Shown piece after piece: positions 11,152 to 21,664 of a stretch of 64,000 bases of DNA (position 1 is its first letter; every line of letters starts with the position of its first letter). The notes beneath the pieces are model-generated. The model was not told where the DNA came from and did no database searches. It saw nothing but the letters and a program-made list of their open reading frames with translations. The position numbers were made by a program, and so were the translations under genes. Origin of the DNA: an uncultured cyanobacterium (lineage in GTDB: Bacteria > Cyanobacteriota > Cyanobacteriia > Cyanobacteriales > Cyanobacteriaceae); assembly GCA_963749915.1 (NCBI GenBank), contig CAVVOP010000025.1, positions 15,625 to 79,624 on the forward strand, read 5' to 3'.

Positions 11152-11362
11152 AGGAAAACATTAAGAAAATAGATAAACAACTGAGAAATTATGGTCAAAA
11201 ACTACTTTTATTAGCTACATTAGAGTCATAGATTTGTTATTTTTTCCTAGGGGATGTTTTTGGTATTAATCATCACAAAATTCTTACATTTAAAGTGATT
11301 TAGTTAACACCATAATAATAACAAATTGAAAATGTGTGCCAAAAAGAGGAGTGACTTATCAA

Positions 11363-12454
11363 ATGAATCAATTAAGCGGTAAAATCGATTATCATAATGA
11401 CCTGATCAAAGCTGAAATTGACGATGAATTAAATCAAGTAATTGCGCAATTTTCTGCCGCCGAAGATATTAACACTAAAAAATCAAGAGGAAGTAAACCA
11501 AAATTAGACGATTCTGTGGCTGCCTTTTTTAAAGAAATGGCACGTTACCCGCTATTGAGTGCGGAGGAAGAAGTTGGCTTAGCTTATGCTGTCAGATTTT
11601 TGAGCGATTGTGAGGAAAAACAACAAGAATTGCATCGTCAATTAGAAAGGACTCCCAGTAAAATAGAACTAGCCCGAGTTATGGGTTTAGAGAATGAGCG
11701 TCAGTTAGATAATCGTTTATATAAAGGAAAGGCCGCTAAACGAAAAATGATCCGTTCCAATTTGCGCTTGGTGGTTTCCATTGCAAAACGCTATCTTAAT
11801 CGTGGTGTACCGTTTTTAGATTTAATTCAAGAAGGCGCTATCGGCTTAAATCGTGCCGCCGAAAAATTTGATCCGAATAAAGGTTATAAATTCTCTACTT
11901 ATGCTTATTGGTGGATTCGACAAGCTATTACTCGCACCATCGCTAACGATTCCCGCACTATTCGTCTTCCCATTCATATTGTGGAAAAACTCAATAAATT
12001 GAAAAAAGCACAACGAGTTTTAAAACAAAACCTACAACGTCATCCCACAGAAACGGAATTGGCAGAGGAGATGGGAATCAATAGTCAAGCATTACATCAA
12101 TTGTTACAGTTAAAAAGACAATCTTTGTCTCTTAATCACAGAGTTGGGAAGGGTGAAGATACAGAGTTAATAGAGTTACTCGAAGACACTAACTTACTTT
12201 TGCCCGAAGAAAAAATGAGTGAAAGCATGATGCACCAAGAAATTGTCTCAGTTTTAAGTGATGTCTTGAGTGAAAGAGAAAAAGAAGTAATTGTTTTGCG
12301 CTATGGCTTAGCCAGTACTAAAGCTCATACTCTGGAAGAAGTGGGCAAAATTTTTGAATTATCCAGAGAAAGAGTCAGACAAATTCAAACTAAAGCTATG
12401 CGAAAGCTCAGAAGACCACAAGTAGCAAGACGCTTAAAAGGTTGGCTTAGTTAA
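11363..12454 (+). CDS. sigE: Group 2 RNA polymerase sigma factor SigE
   Basis: DDSVAAFFKEMARYPLL, SNLRLVVSIAKRY, KFSTYAYWWIRQ and region 4 HTH. Confidence 0.8.
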   Translation: MNQLSGKIDYHNDLIKAEIDDELNQVIAQFSAAEDINTKKSRGSKPKLDDSVAAFFKEMARYPLLSAEEEVGLAYAVRFLSDCEEKQQELHRQLERTPSKIELARVMGLENERQLDNRLYKGKAAKRKMIRSNLRLVVSIAKRYLNRGVPFLDLIQEGAIGLNRAAEKFDPNKGYKFSTYAYWWIRQAITRTIANDSRTIRLPIHIVEKLNKLKKAQRVLKQNLQRHPTETELAEEMGINSQALHQLLQLKRQSLSLNHRVGKGEDTELIELLEDTNLLLPEEKMSESMMHQEIVSVLSDVLSEREKEVIVLRYGLASTKAHTLEEVGKIFELSRERVRQIQTKAMRKLRRPQVARRLKGWLS

Positions 12455-12458
12455 GACA

Positions 12459-12490
12459 ACAATTGACAATTAACAGTTAACAATTCATTG
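12459..12490. repeat. Cyanobacterial heptamer short tandem repeat (STRR-like); similar tracts near 13113, 40016 and 52049
   Basis: ACAATTG ACAATTA ACAGTTA ACAATTC. Confidence 0.6.
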
Positions 12491-12519
12491 TGCTTATTTA
12501 GTTATGACAAAAATTTGAT

Positions 12520-13101
12520 TCAAGTAGTTACTTTTCTCAATTTCCAAATTAAGCTAGAGAAAAAATTGGTTAACCCGTGTGCGATAATGGGTACTAATAA
12601 ATTACCAGTAAGATAAGCACTATAGCCTAAAATAAACCCGATAACCATAGCCCACACTACATAATGCCAATTTTGCACATCACTTAAGTGTAAAACACCA
12701 AAGAGAATGCTAGATACAATAATGGCGAATAAATCATAACCAAAGGCGGGGATCATCACTCCTCGAAATAATAATTCTTCACTTAATCCGGGTAAAACTC
12801 CTACCCAAATCAAATCAGGAATAACTAAAGGAGTGATAATTAAATCTAAATATTGTTCGGCACTGCGACGATAATCTGGCCAAACTTGAGTTAGAATTAT
12901 ACTGGCAATAATGATCCCAGCGGCCATGAGACAGCCTAACAAAATTGCCTCGAGGGTAAAATTGAGGGGGATAAGATTAATAGAGCCTAATTTACGCCAA
13001 ACTTGGGTAATAATCAGGAGAATAACCGCGGTTACTCCCATAAACGATAATATTTGAATGCGGGTGAAAGATTCTGAATTTGGTTGATTACTGTCAGCCA
13101 T
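12520..13101 (-). CDS. CPBP (CAAX protease/Abi) intramembrane metalloprotease
   Basis: EELLFRG, FGVLH and IAHGLTN motifs. Confidence 0.9.
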   Translation of the reverse strand: MADSNQPNSESFTRIQILSFMGVTAVILLIITQVWRKLGSINLIPLNFTLEAILLGCLMAAGIIIASIILTQVWPDYRRSAEQYLDLIITPLVIPDLIWVGVLPGLSEELLFRGVMIPAFGYDLFAIIVSSILFGVLHLSDVQNWHYVVWAMVIGFILGYSAYLTGNLLVPIIAHGLTNFFSSLIWKLRKVTT

Positions 13102-13211
13102 AAATAATTAAATGATAGGAAAGGGAATAGGGAATAAGCAGACAGATATAATGTAATATAACTGCTGATTGATTAAGTTAACATTGTGGCACAGCATCTT
13201 GCCTGTAATGG

Positions 13212-14270
13212 TTAATTGCCAATTGCTAATTGATTAAGGGGTTTCACTTGGGGATTCAGTGCATCATAGCTAATCCCCGCACGATGGACGACAATTAACC
13301 CCATTGCCTCTAAATATGATTTTACCCTTATTGCTTTAATTCCTAACAATTCGGGTTGTATATCCAACACTGTCTTGTTTTCTTCTACGACTATAATTTG
13401 AGTATTTAAATCACTAAAACTAAACATGGCACTACCTCCGCAGGCATTAGCGGGTATAACTAAAGTATCTATATCTTCCGCCCAAAGACCATGATAATTT
13501 TTGTTAAGAGTAAATTGAGGTGCTTTACTTAAACCAACCAACACGCAAGGCAAAAATGTATATCCCAATTCTTCGGCAGCCGATCTAGGTGAGATACTAA
13601 TGTCTAAGGGTAGAGGGGATAAAGCTGGTGCGTGGGCACAGGGTATGCGAAATTCTCTCACTAGGAGATGGGATATTACAGCTTCTGCACCGGCTAAGGT
13701 ATCCACACCAATGCCATGACGGTAATTATGTAAGTTTTGACTATCACTATCATCGGGAAATCTAGCAACTACTGCTAAGGCGTTAACTTTAGCTGTGGTA
13801 ATTAATTTTTGTGCCGCCCTTAATAAACTGTCAGCATTGCCTATTGTACCCCAACTAGCACCACTTTCGGTCATTCTCAATTCTACATTTAAGGGGCGAT
13901 CGGTGATAATATAATCACTAACACTAATACCCAAAGTAGTTCTTACTGCGTCAGTAGCTTGTATATGTCTATGTCTTAATTCGGTTTCTATCCCTTGATC
14001 TAAGATCAACCCAATTTTGTTTTGTAGGACCGATTCCAAACCCCATTCCCCGGCGGCAAATTTATCTAAACCGTAGCCCTCCACATAGTCAATATTATTG
14101 CACTGCCAATATAAACTCCCCCCATTCATCACGTTAGGATGAGTAATAATGCGATCGCAAATTGCGGCCATCGCTTTAGCCACAGGTAAAGCATCCCCTG
14201 CATAACCACCAATGGATGCACCGATGCCTGTGGGAATAATTAAAACGGCAGAATAGGGTTTTTTTGTCAT
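13212..14270 (-). CDS. DUF3326 family protein
   Basis: IIPTGIGASIGGYAGDALP, HPNVMNG, AAEELGYTFLPCVL. Confidence 0.85.
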   Translation of the reverse strand: MTKKPYSAVLIIPTGIGASIGGYAGDALPVAKAMAAICDRIITHPNVMNGGSLYWQCNNIDYVEGYGLDKFAAGEWGLESVLQNKIGLILDQGIETELRHRHIQATDAVRTTLGISVSDYIITDRPLNVELRMTESGASWGTIGNADSLLRAAQKLITTAKVNALAVVARFPDDSDSQNLHNYRHGIGVDTLAGAEAVISHLLVREFRIPCAHAPALSPLPLDISISPRSAAEELGYTFLPCVLVGLSKAPQFTLNKNYHGLWAEDIDTLVIPANACGGSAMFSFSDLNTQIIVVEENKTVLDIQPELLGIKAIRVKSYLEAMGLIVVHRAGISYDALNPQVKPLNQLAIGN

Positions 14271-14342
14271 CTGAGAGAATTAGAAATTGACAAGCAAGAT
14301 GCCTATATCACAAATTAATAATTGTTCATTGTTAATGATCAA

Positions 14343-14513
14343 TTATTTAGTAACAATGGCTTCGACTTTTGCCTTTTGTTTATCTTCGTCAACAATGGTA
14401 ATAGCCCAACGTAACGGTTTACCCTCTTGATTTAACATTTCTTCAATGTCTTTTTTCAATTTTAGAGGGTTTTGTTGTAGGTCAATTTCAGCGGTGATAA
14501 ATTGAGTTGTCAT
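14343..14513 (-). CDS. Small conserved cyanobacterial protein (56 aa, not in the ORF track)
   Basis: Manual translation MTTQFITAEIDLQ...GKPLRWAITIVD...KVEAIVTK*; co-oriented with the DUF3326 gene. Confidence 0.7.
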   Translation of the reverse strand: MTTQFITAEIDLQQNPLKLKKDIEEMLNQEGKPLRWAITIVDEDKQKAKVEAIVTK

Positions 14514-14838
14514 ATTTTTTGACTGAATGAATTTTAATTTTATTATATGTTATTGGAGATATTCTGAACCCTTAGGAATGAGGATTTAATTATTTAGTAA
14601 AGTAGGGGGCAGTCTAAAAACTGTTTGATTTTCCGAAGGAAAATCAACACCCTAGGCTAAGACCATCAGGAAAGCATCTGAGTGGCAGAGATTTAGGTCG
14701 TTTGGAGCCTAAGCCTACACCTTCTCTTAGGTATCGGGCAATGGCTTAAAAACTTGAACATCGAGTAAAAGAATAGCCCAAATCGACAATAACGTTAAAC
14801 TAAAAAGTAAGTCTTTTGAGCATTAAAAACTTCTGATA

Positions 14839-15396
14839 ATGAAATCACTTTATAAATGGTCGGTAACCGAATATCATCAGATGATTGATACTGGTTTATT
14901 AGAAGATAAGCCTGTACAATTGCTAGAAGGAGAAATAATCGAAATGAGTCCTGAAGGACCTTTACATACATCTATTAACTATTCTGTTGCCGAATATCTA
15001 AGAGAATTGTTGCGAGGCAGGGCTATAATTCGAGAAGCTCATCCTGTTACACTTGATAACTCTGAACCAGAACCCGATATTGCCATAGTTGCTTCTCCCT
15101 ACACTAATTATCTAACTCGTCATCCTTATCCTCAAGATATTTATTGGTTAATCGAGGTATCCGATCGAACTCTAAAAAGAGATTTAGAGGAAAAAACAAT
15201 TACTTATGCCCGTAATAGTATCTGTGAATATTGGGTAATCGATCTACCCCACCAAAAGTTATGGGTGTTTAATCAACCCCAGAACTCTCAATATCAGGAT
15301 TGTGCTGAACTCACTACAGGAATAATTAATCCTCTTGCCTTTCCCGAAATTGATGTAGAAATTAACCAATTATTGATCCCACTTTCCGCAGTTTAA
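14839..15396 (+). CDS. Uma2-family (DUF820) putative endonuclease
   Basis: EPEPDIAIV, LIEVSD, EYWVID. Confidence 0.9.
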   Translation: MKSLYKWSVTEYHQMIDTGLLEDKPVQLLEGEIIEMSPEGPLHTSINYSVAEYLRELLRGRAIIREAHPVTLDNSEPEPDIAIVASPYTNYLTRHPYPQDIYWLIEVSDRTLKRDLEEKTITYARNSICEYWVIDLPHQKLWVFNQPQNSQYQDCAELTTGIINPLAFPEIDVEINQLLIPLSAV

Positions 15397-15503
15397 AACA
15401 AAAGAAAACAAAATAAGTATATATACCTGAACTTTCCCTGAGCAAATGTACTGAAGCATCATTCAAAGCCTTGCAAAGCTACAGCCTGTGTCCATGTAAA
15501 ATT

Positions 15504-15521
15504 GTTACATTTCTTAACATT
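15504..15521 (+). promoter_or_regulatory. HLR1-like (RpaB) direct repeat
   Basis: GTTACATT-TC-TTAACATT fits (G/T)TTACA(T/A)(T/A)-N2 repeat with one mismatch. Confidence 0.5.
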
Positions 15522-15544
15522 TTATAGTGCCAAATGTGATACGA

Positions 15545-15860
15545 CGATCCTGAGGGCGAACACTTCACGAACTACTCCACAACCCCTTTACAAATTTGTA
15601 GCCAGTAACAGGCAGTTCAAAAATATCTGTAACTGTCTTGGGTTAAGGCTTTTCTCGTTTTTCACTTGGGGAAGTTCAGTTAAACCAATTTCTCGTCCTA
15701 AAGGGGTTGTAAAGATTTCTTAATGATCGAAAAGCAAGTCGTTAGCATAAGTGGTTACTTAAACTTTCTGACTTGCTCTTACTTAATGCTTTAATGGGAA
15801 ACAATGCTTCAGCCGAGACCGGATGGGGTAAGCGTTGTGATGATATTTCACCCCCTTATT
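15545..15860. ncRNA. Candidate structured non-coding RNA
   Basis: Long-range 12-bp and 8-bp inverted repeats in a non-coding interval downstream of an HLR1-like motif. Confidence 0.4.
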
Positions 15861-15926
15861 ACCTTACCTACTATTAATATTACTAGCAATAACTATCTAA
15901 CCACTAATCTTTTTTCCCGAAATTAC

Positions 15927-16103
15927 TTAGCGAAAGCGTTTTTTGCGGCGGGCAACGGCTTTGCGTTTTTTCTTTTCAATGGGGGTTTCAAAGTGACGCA
16001 GACGTTTAATATCTGCAAAGATACCTGCTTTCGAAACTTGTCTTTTAAAACGACGTAAAGCTGATTCTATATTCTCATTTTGTCCCACAACCACTTGGGT
16101 CAT
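15927..16103 (-). CDS. rpsU: 30S ribosomal protein S21 (not in the ORF track)
   Basis: Manual translation [41 protein letters not shown]... Confidence 0.95.
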   Translation of the reverse strand: MTQVVVGQNENIESALRRFKRQVSKAGIFADIKRLRHFETPIEKKKRKAVARRKKRFR

Positions 16104-16198
16104 GCAATATCCTCCTTACTAAAAGTTTACTATTATTTTTAAACTAACATACCATTGTATCGCATCAATACCAAAATGACCGCTCTTTTTTTGAATGA

Positions 16199-17407
16199 TT
16201 ATTTTTTACCTATAAAATTTACAGGATCTTGATCTCGTCGATGTCTTATGGGTAAAGGTTCAGGCTGAGAATCTCCCTGCAATTGTGCCGTAAATTCCAA
16301 AGCAGTACGCAATCTTTTCCCGGCATAAATCGACATATCACGGGGAATACTTATTCTATCTCGTAAATATCGTAACGGGACGGCAGAATTAGGAGGAGGA
16401 GTACAAACTTCCCCTGTCATCATGTTAGTTAAGGCACAACGTAACGCTTCATCGAATAATTGATTATCGGCGGGGTTAACGTTAATAATGTTTTGACGAT
16501 GTTTGAAAACTCGATATAAAGCTTCCTGACGAGAATTTTCTGGCTCAGGGTAACTAACATCTGGTAATTGAAACCAATCCCCTTCATCCACTAATTTTCG
16601 ATTAATCTTAGCTTGATTTGTGCCGTTTTCATAACATCCTCCCATTTGCGGAGGTAAATCATGGGCATGAGTGTGGAAGTCACTTTGTGTACCTCGATAA
16701 GTCCATCGAGATTCCATGGCATTAAACCAACGAGAAAAATAAGGGTTTTCTTCTCGCAATGAGTAACCTTTATAGTAGTAAAGACTGGCATTCATGCGTT
16801 CTACATAGGGAGTGAAAATAACATCAGCAGTGCTAAAATCATCTAAAAAATAAGGGCTATGGGTCATAGCTAAGGCCTCTTCTACTTGCTTAACGACTTC
16901 GATAAACTGCTTACGGTTATTTTCTTCTTGAGTGCGAAACATTGTCGGATAACAAAGCCAACTACACCACGCCCGAAATAATAATCTTTCTAATTTTCTC
17001 AGAGGAATAACTCTAGGGTGTTGCATCCCGAACCCTAAAACGCCAAAAGCACCTTCCAAAGTCAATAAAATATCGTCACTTTCGGTGATAACTTTACCAT
17101 CTAATTCTAAAGCAGGTAACATTCCGGAGGGTACTTTTTGTTTATACCAGGTTTCTTTCTGACCATAACAAAACATGGTTACTTTTTTGATACGGTAGGG
17201 GATTTGTTTTTCTTCTAACCATAGCCACACTTTTTGACAATAAGGGCACCATGCGTGATGATCTCGATAGAAGGTTACTCTGACATTTTCTTCTGATTGA
17301 TTAAACAACCTTAAGTTTGCTTGTGCATTGGTTAATCCATTAACGGTGTCGATGTGATAATCCGTAAGTTTTTCTAATTCTTGCCAAGAAAGGGGAGTAA
17401 GTACCAT
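16199..17407 (-). CDS. Glutathione S-transferase family protein
   Basis: [20 protein letters not shown]. Confidence 0.88.
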   Translation of the reverse strand: MVLTPLSWQELEKLTDYHIDTVNGLTNAQANLRLFNQSEENVRVTFYRDHHAWCPYCQKVWLWLEEKQIPYRIKKVTMFCYGQKETWYKQKVPSGMLPALELDGKVITESDDILLTLEGAFGVLGFGMQHPRVIPLRKLERLLFRAWCSWLCYPTMFRTQEENNRKQFIEVVKQVEEALAMTHSPYFLDDFSTADVIFTPYVERMNASLYYYKGYSLREENPYFSRWFNAMESRWTYRGTQSDFHTHAHDLPPQMGGCYENGTNQAKINRKLVDEGDWFQLPDVSYPEPENSRQEALYRVFKHRQNIINVNPADNQLFDEALRCALTNMMTGEVCTPPPNSAVPLRYLRDRISIPRDMSIYAGKRLRTALEFTAQLQGDSQPEPLPIRHRRDQDPVNFIGKK

Positions 17408-17598
17408 AGAGTAAGGAGAATAAAGGCTTTTAGTTTTTTATATCAATTAAGATTTTTATTTTCATACTTCTTTAGTGTAACAGTCAAATATTCTTACCGT
17501 TAACTATTCCAGTACCCCACCAAAGATTTATGACCTGTAGGATGGAAGATCTGGGTCAATTCTGCTGAGTTAACGCAACGATGGTGGATTTGGAGTAA

Positions 17599-20034
17599 TT
17601 ATTTGATGATGTCCAATTTTGTCTTTTCGGGAACGGAAAACCCTCTAGGATTTGATCTCGGTTTTGCTATGCGTACCTGAAACACAACTTTATCGACTAT
17701 TTTATCTTTTTTAATTTCTAACATCCATGAACCCTGTTGTAATTCCCAGAAAAAGGAATTAGAGGAATTGGTGGCCAATTTTTCTCCATTCAACCACCAT
17801 TCCACTGACTGATTAATTTCTCCGCCTAATTGAAATTTTAATTTTTGTTTTTGATTATTATCAGCTTCTAGTAAAAAAATATCGCCATCACGAGGGGATA
17901 ATATTCTTAAATTTGTGGGCATTAAATTGGAAGGAGGTTGTTTTGCTAACCATTCATTATATTCTGGGGGCAAATTGAGACGAGATTGGGCGTTTTTTTG
18001 ATCTGAAATTGATTCGTAAAATGTATCGGGGTGACTTTCATAATCTCTTAAATCTTCTGGATAGAAATATTCTTGTGCAATAGAAGGACAAGCAGGAGTC
18101 GGTTTTAAACCGGAAAGGTTGCAAATGGGCCGTTTTATCATTCCCTCTGGGGACTCAAAAGGTTGAGGAGTTTTTTGTTCGTGTAAGTGCAGTAAAATGC
18201 GATTCCAAAGAGGTGCTGCCCCCATAACACCAGAAATCTGATCCATCGGTTTACCATCAAAATTCCCCACCCAAGTCGCAACGGTATAATCAGAAGTGAA
18301 ACCAATTGTCCAAGTATCTCGAAAATTAGAGGATGTACCTGTTTTTACCGCAGCAGGAAAGGGTAAATTGAGAATGGAATTAACTCCAAAAGCTTTAGCA
18401 CGAGCATGGCGATCGCTTAAAATATCCGTAATTAACCCCCAAGTCGAAGTACTCGAAGATATCGAAGTATGGGAAGTTGATAACTTTTGACTGTTGACTG
18501 ATTGCTGACTCCTGATTACTTTTATCGGGTTGTTTGTACTTCTGAGTTCTGAGTTCTGGGTTCCATTAATTTGTCCTTGTAGTGCCATAATACGATAAGC
18601 ACGAGCTAATTCCCAAAGAGAGACTTCCCCACTACCGAGAGCTAAACCCAGTCCATAGTATTCTGGAGATTGGTTAAGATGCTCAAAACCCAGTTCCTGG
18701 AGTCGAGTTAAAAAATTTGCCACCCCGACTTGCTCTAAAACACGCACGGCAGGAACATTGAGAGAATTTGCTAAAGCTAACCTTACCCTTGCAGGCCCTG
18801 AAAAAGTTTCACTATAATCATTAGGACTATATAGTTTTGCCCCCGGAATAGCATAATGAGTCGGTACATCTGCTAAAACAGTATTAGGACGAATTAGACG
18901 TTTCTCTAAGGCTAATTGATAGAGAAAGGGTTTTAAAGTAGATCCGGGCTGTCGTAAGGCTTGTACTCCGTCATTTTTGCCCCATTGCCCTTGTGCAAAA
19001 TAATCTAAAGAACCAATATAAGCTAATACTTCCCCTGTGTGATTATCAATTACTAAAGCGGCAGCTTGATGAACACTATAAGGTTTAAGGGTACGAATTA
19101 CTTCCCTAACTTGGGTTTCTACAAATTTTTGTAGGGGAAGATCGATTGTCGTCTGAATTTGGTTAGGATGTCCTGGTGGTAGTTGACGGGCTACCCAAAA
19201 GAGAAAATGAGGTGCGGCAATGATCCCCTGTTGGCGAGGTAGCAGAGGAATTTGTTCCCGATATGCTGTGTCAGCTTGGGTTGAGGTAATATAGCCCTCT
19301 TGGGTCATCCGTTTAAGTACATATTTTTGCCGCTCTTTTAGGGATTGCCAACGGATATAAGGATTCAGTTCCGTAGGATTATTGGGAATTGCGGCTAAAA
19401 TACTTGCTTGAGCAAGGTTTAAATCCGTTGCTGAAATGCCAAAATAAATGCGAGAAGCGGCTTCTAGTCCATAAATGTTGCTTCCCATCGGCAGACGATT
19501 AATATAAGCCTGTAAGATTGCATCTTTATCCATTCCCGCCGTTAATCGCCAAGAAAACCAGATTTCTTTAAATTTTGCGGGTAAAGTACGGGGGGCCGGT
19601 TTTAACATTCGAGCCAACTGCATGGTAATTGTAGAAGCACCACTGATGACTTTTTTCGCTTCGATGGCTTGATGAATTGAACGGATAATTGCTTTTAAAT
19701 CTAATGCTCCATGATGATAAAATCCTGCATCCTCTGTGGCTAAAATGGCTTGAATAAAAATCGGTGAAACTTCATTAAGAGCAATTACCGAAGTATGCTC
19801 TTGATCACGAGTTAATATAGTTCCTAAGGGTAAACCATTGCGATCGCTAAACTCAATAGCTTGTTCATCTTGTTGAAGATCATTTTCTGTAATAGGAGCA
19901 AAATAAGGGAGAGATCGACCCATTAACAATAAAGATATTAAGATAATAAATGGCCTCGTTTTACCAGTAAGTTCTTGCCAGAGGTATTGGTAAATTTGCT
20001 GAGTTGCTATAATTAGTTGGGAAATTTTTATCAT
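17599..20034 (-). CDS. pbpC: Penicillin-binding protein 1C
   Basis: Transglycosylase GASTITMQLAR; transpeptidase STLK, SLN and KTGT; C-terminal BiPBP-like region. Confidence 0.88.
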   Translation of the reverse strand: MIKISQLIIATQQIYQYLWQELTGKTRPFIILISLLLMGRSLPYFAPITENDLQQDEQAIEFSDRNGLPLGTILTRDQEHTSVIALNEVSPIFIQAILATEDAGFYHHGALDLKAIIRSIHQAIEAKKVISGASTITMQLARMLKPAPRTLPAKFKEIWFSWRLTAGMDKDAILQAYINRLPMGSNIYGLEAASRIYFGISATDLNLAQASILAAIPNNPTELNPYIRWQSLKERQKYVLKRMTQEGYITSTQADTAYREQIPLLPRQQGIIAAPHFLFWVARQLPPGHPNQIQTTIDLPLQKFVETQVREVIRTLKPYSVHQAAALVIDNHTGEVLAYIGSLDYFAQGQWGKNDGVQALRQPGSTLKPFLYQLALEKRLIRPNTVLADVPTHYAIPGAKLYSPNDYSETFSGPARVRLALANSLNVPAVRVLEQVGVANFLTRLQELGFEHLNQSPEYYGLGLALGSGEVSLWELARAYRIMALQGQINGTQNSELRSTNNPIKVIRSQQSVNSQKLSTSHTSISSSTSTWGLITDILSDRHARAKAFGVNSILNLPFPAAVKTGTSSNFRDTWTIGFTSDYTVATWVGNFDGKPMDQISGVMGAAPLWNRILLHLHEQKTPQPFESPEGMIKRPICNLSGLKPTPACPSIAQEYFYPEDLRDYESHPDTFYESISDQKNAQSRLNLPPEYNEWLAKQPPSNLMPTNLRILSPRDGDIFLLEADNNQKQKLKFQLGGEINQSVEWWLNGEKLATNSSNSFFWELQQGSWMLEIKKDKIVDKVVFQVRIAKPRSNPRGFSVPEKTKLDIIK

Positions 20035-20091
20035 TTCAATTGTGGGTCATATTATACTTTAGTGATTCCTCGTTGGGGCGTAATATTTTTA

Positions 20092-20436
20092 ATGGAATAC
20101 AGATTGTTTAATCGGATCTTGAAATTTTTAGAAAGCCAACCTAAATTAGATATATTGCTAATTGTCGTTATTGGCATTGCCACTGTCGCATCCCTAGATT
20201 TTATGACAGGTTTTGAAGTTTCATTGTCTCTATTTTATCTTTTTCCTGTGTCTCTTGCAACTTGGATACTAGGGAAAAAAGCCGGTGTTTTCGTTTCTTG
20301 TTTAAGTGCAATAACTTGGCTATTTGTTAATTATATTTTAAATGAATACACATCTTCCCCATTACTTTACTTGTGGAATAGTCTAATCCGTTTTGGTTTT
20401 TTCTATATTGTTACTTTACTGCTGTCAAGGTGGTGA
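20092..20436 (+). pseudogene. Isolated DUF4118-like membrane sensor domain, probably truncated
   Basis: LDFMTGFEVSLSLFYLFPV...WNSLIRFGFF; ends immediately after the last TM with no output domain. Confidence 0.5.
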
Positions 20437-20575
20437 TGAATTTTGTATTCTTCTCATAGAAGATGAACTAATGTACACTGTTAAAACTACTGGGAAAAAT
20501 AATATTAAATATTCCGTTCATTAATCCATTAGAATTTTTTCAGAAGTCAGAAGAGAAATTGAACCTATTATTTAT

Positions 20576-21430
20576 TTAAGCAAAAACTACCGTCCGATTT
20601 CCATAGACTAAAACTCGATGTTGTAAATGTAATCGAACCCCTCTAGCTAAAACAATTTTTTCTAAATCTTTCCCTTTTCTAATTAAATCTTTTACCGTAT
20701 CTCGATGACTAATTTTTACGACATCTTGCTCAATAATTGGTCCTGCATCCAAATCCTGGGTTATATAATGTGCCGTTGCACCGATAATTTTCACCCCTCG
20801 ACTGTAGGCTTGATGATAAGGTTTTGCCCCTACAAATGCCGGTAAAAAAGAATGATGAATATTGATAACATTAGGAAATTCTTTGATAAAATCTGAGCTT
20901 AAAACCTGCATATATTTCGCCAAAATAACTAAGTCTATATTGGCATTTTTTAGTATTTCTAATTGTTTTAATTCTTGCTCTTTTTTATTATTTTTATCAA
21001 TAGGTAAATAATGATATTCTATGCCAAATTGTTCAGCTATCGAGGCTAATTTTTGATGGTTACTGATGATTAAACCAATTGTTGCTTTTAATTCTTTGGC
21101 TTGAATACGCCATAGTAAATCATATAAACAATGATCCTGTTGGCTAACCCAAATGGCAAGTTTCGGAATTGTATCGGAAAAATGTAGTTGCCAATCGGCA
21201 TTTAATGGTTGAGCGATCGCACTAAAAGCCGCACCTATTAAATCTCTCGGCAAATTGAAACCTTCTAACTGCCACTCGATACGAGACAGAAATAAACCCG
21301 CTTCTAAATCGGTGTGATGATCCGCATGAATAATGTTACCACCGTTAGAATAAATAAAATTAGCGATTTTTGCCACTAAACCTTGTTGATCAGGACAAGA
21401 TACTAATAAAGTAGCAGTATCTAAATTCAT
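20576..21430 (-). CDS. purU: Formyltetrahydrofolate deformylase
   Basis: N-terminal ACT domain (CPDQQGLVA), INIHHSFLPAF, DAGPIIEQ. Confidence 0.96.
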   Translation of the reverse strand: MNLDTATLLVSCPDQQGLVAKIANFIYSNGGNIIHADHHTDLEAGLFLSRIEWQLEGFNLPRDLIGAAFSAIAQPLNADWQLHFSDTIPKLAIWVSQQDHCLYDLLWRIQAKELKATIGLIISNHQKLASIAEQFGIEYHYLPIDKNNKKEQELKQLEILKNANIDLVILAKYMQVLSSDFIKEFPNVINIHHSFLPAFVGAKPYHQAYSRGVKIIGATAHYITQDLDAGPIIEQDVVKISHRDTVKDLIRKGKDLEKIVLARGVRLHLQHRVLVYGNRTVVFA

Positions 21431-21664
21431 AAATTTTTACTTATCAAGATTAACTTTTCAGACTCATTGTCACTTAGTTAAAGATAAAAGTAAAGATTAT
21501 TGATATTATCTCTACTATCCAATAAATTTTACCGACACTACTCCGACATCGGCTTGATATTGGTCGAATTGATAATTCTAAATCAGGAAAAGATTGGGGT
21601 TTAATTATTCCGTCATATCAAATCCGGTAGATTGACCATAATATAATTGAGAGATTACTCGATC

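Noticed and set aside
15502..16058. ORFs 15502-15723 and 15804-16058
   Set aside because: No recognisable protein features. The first overlaps the candidate ncRNA and the second is antisense to rpsU.
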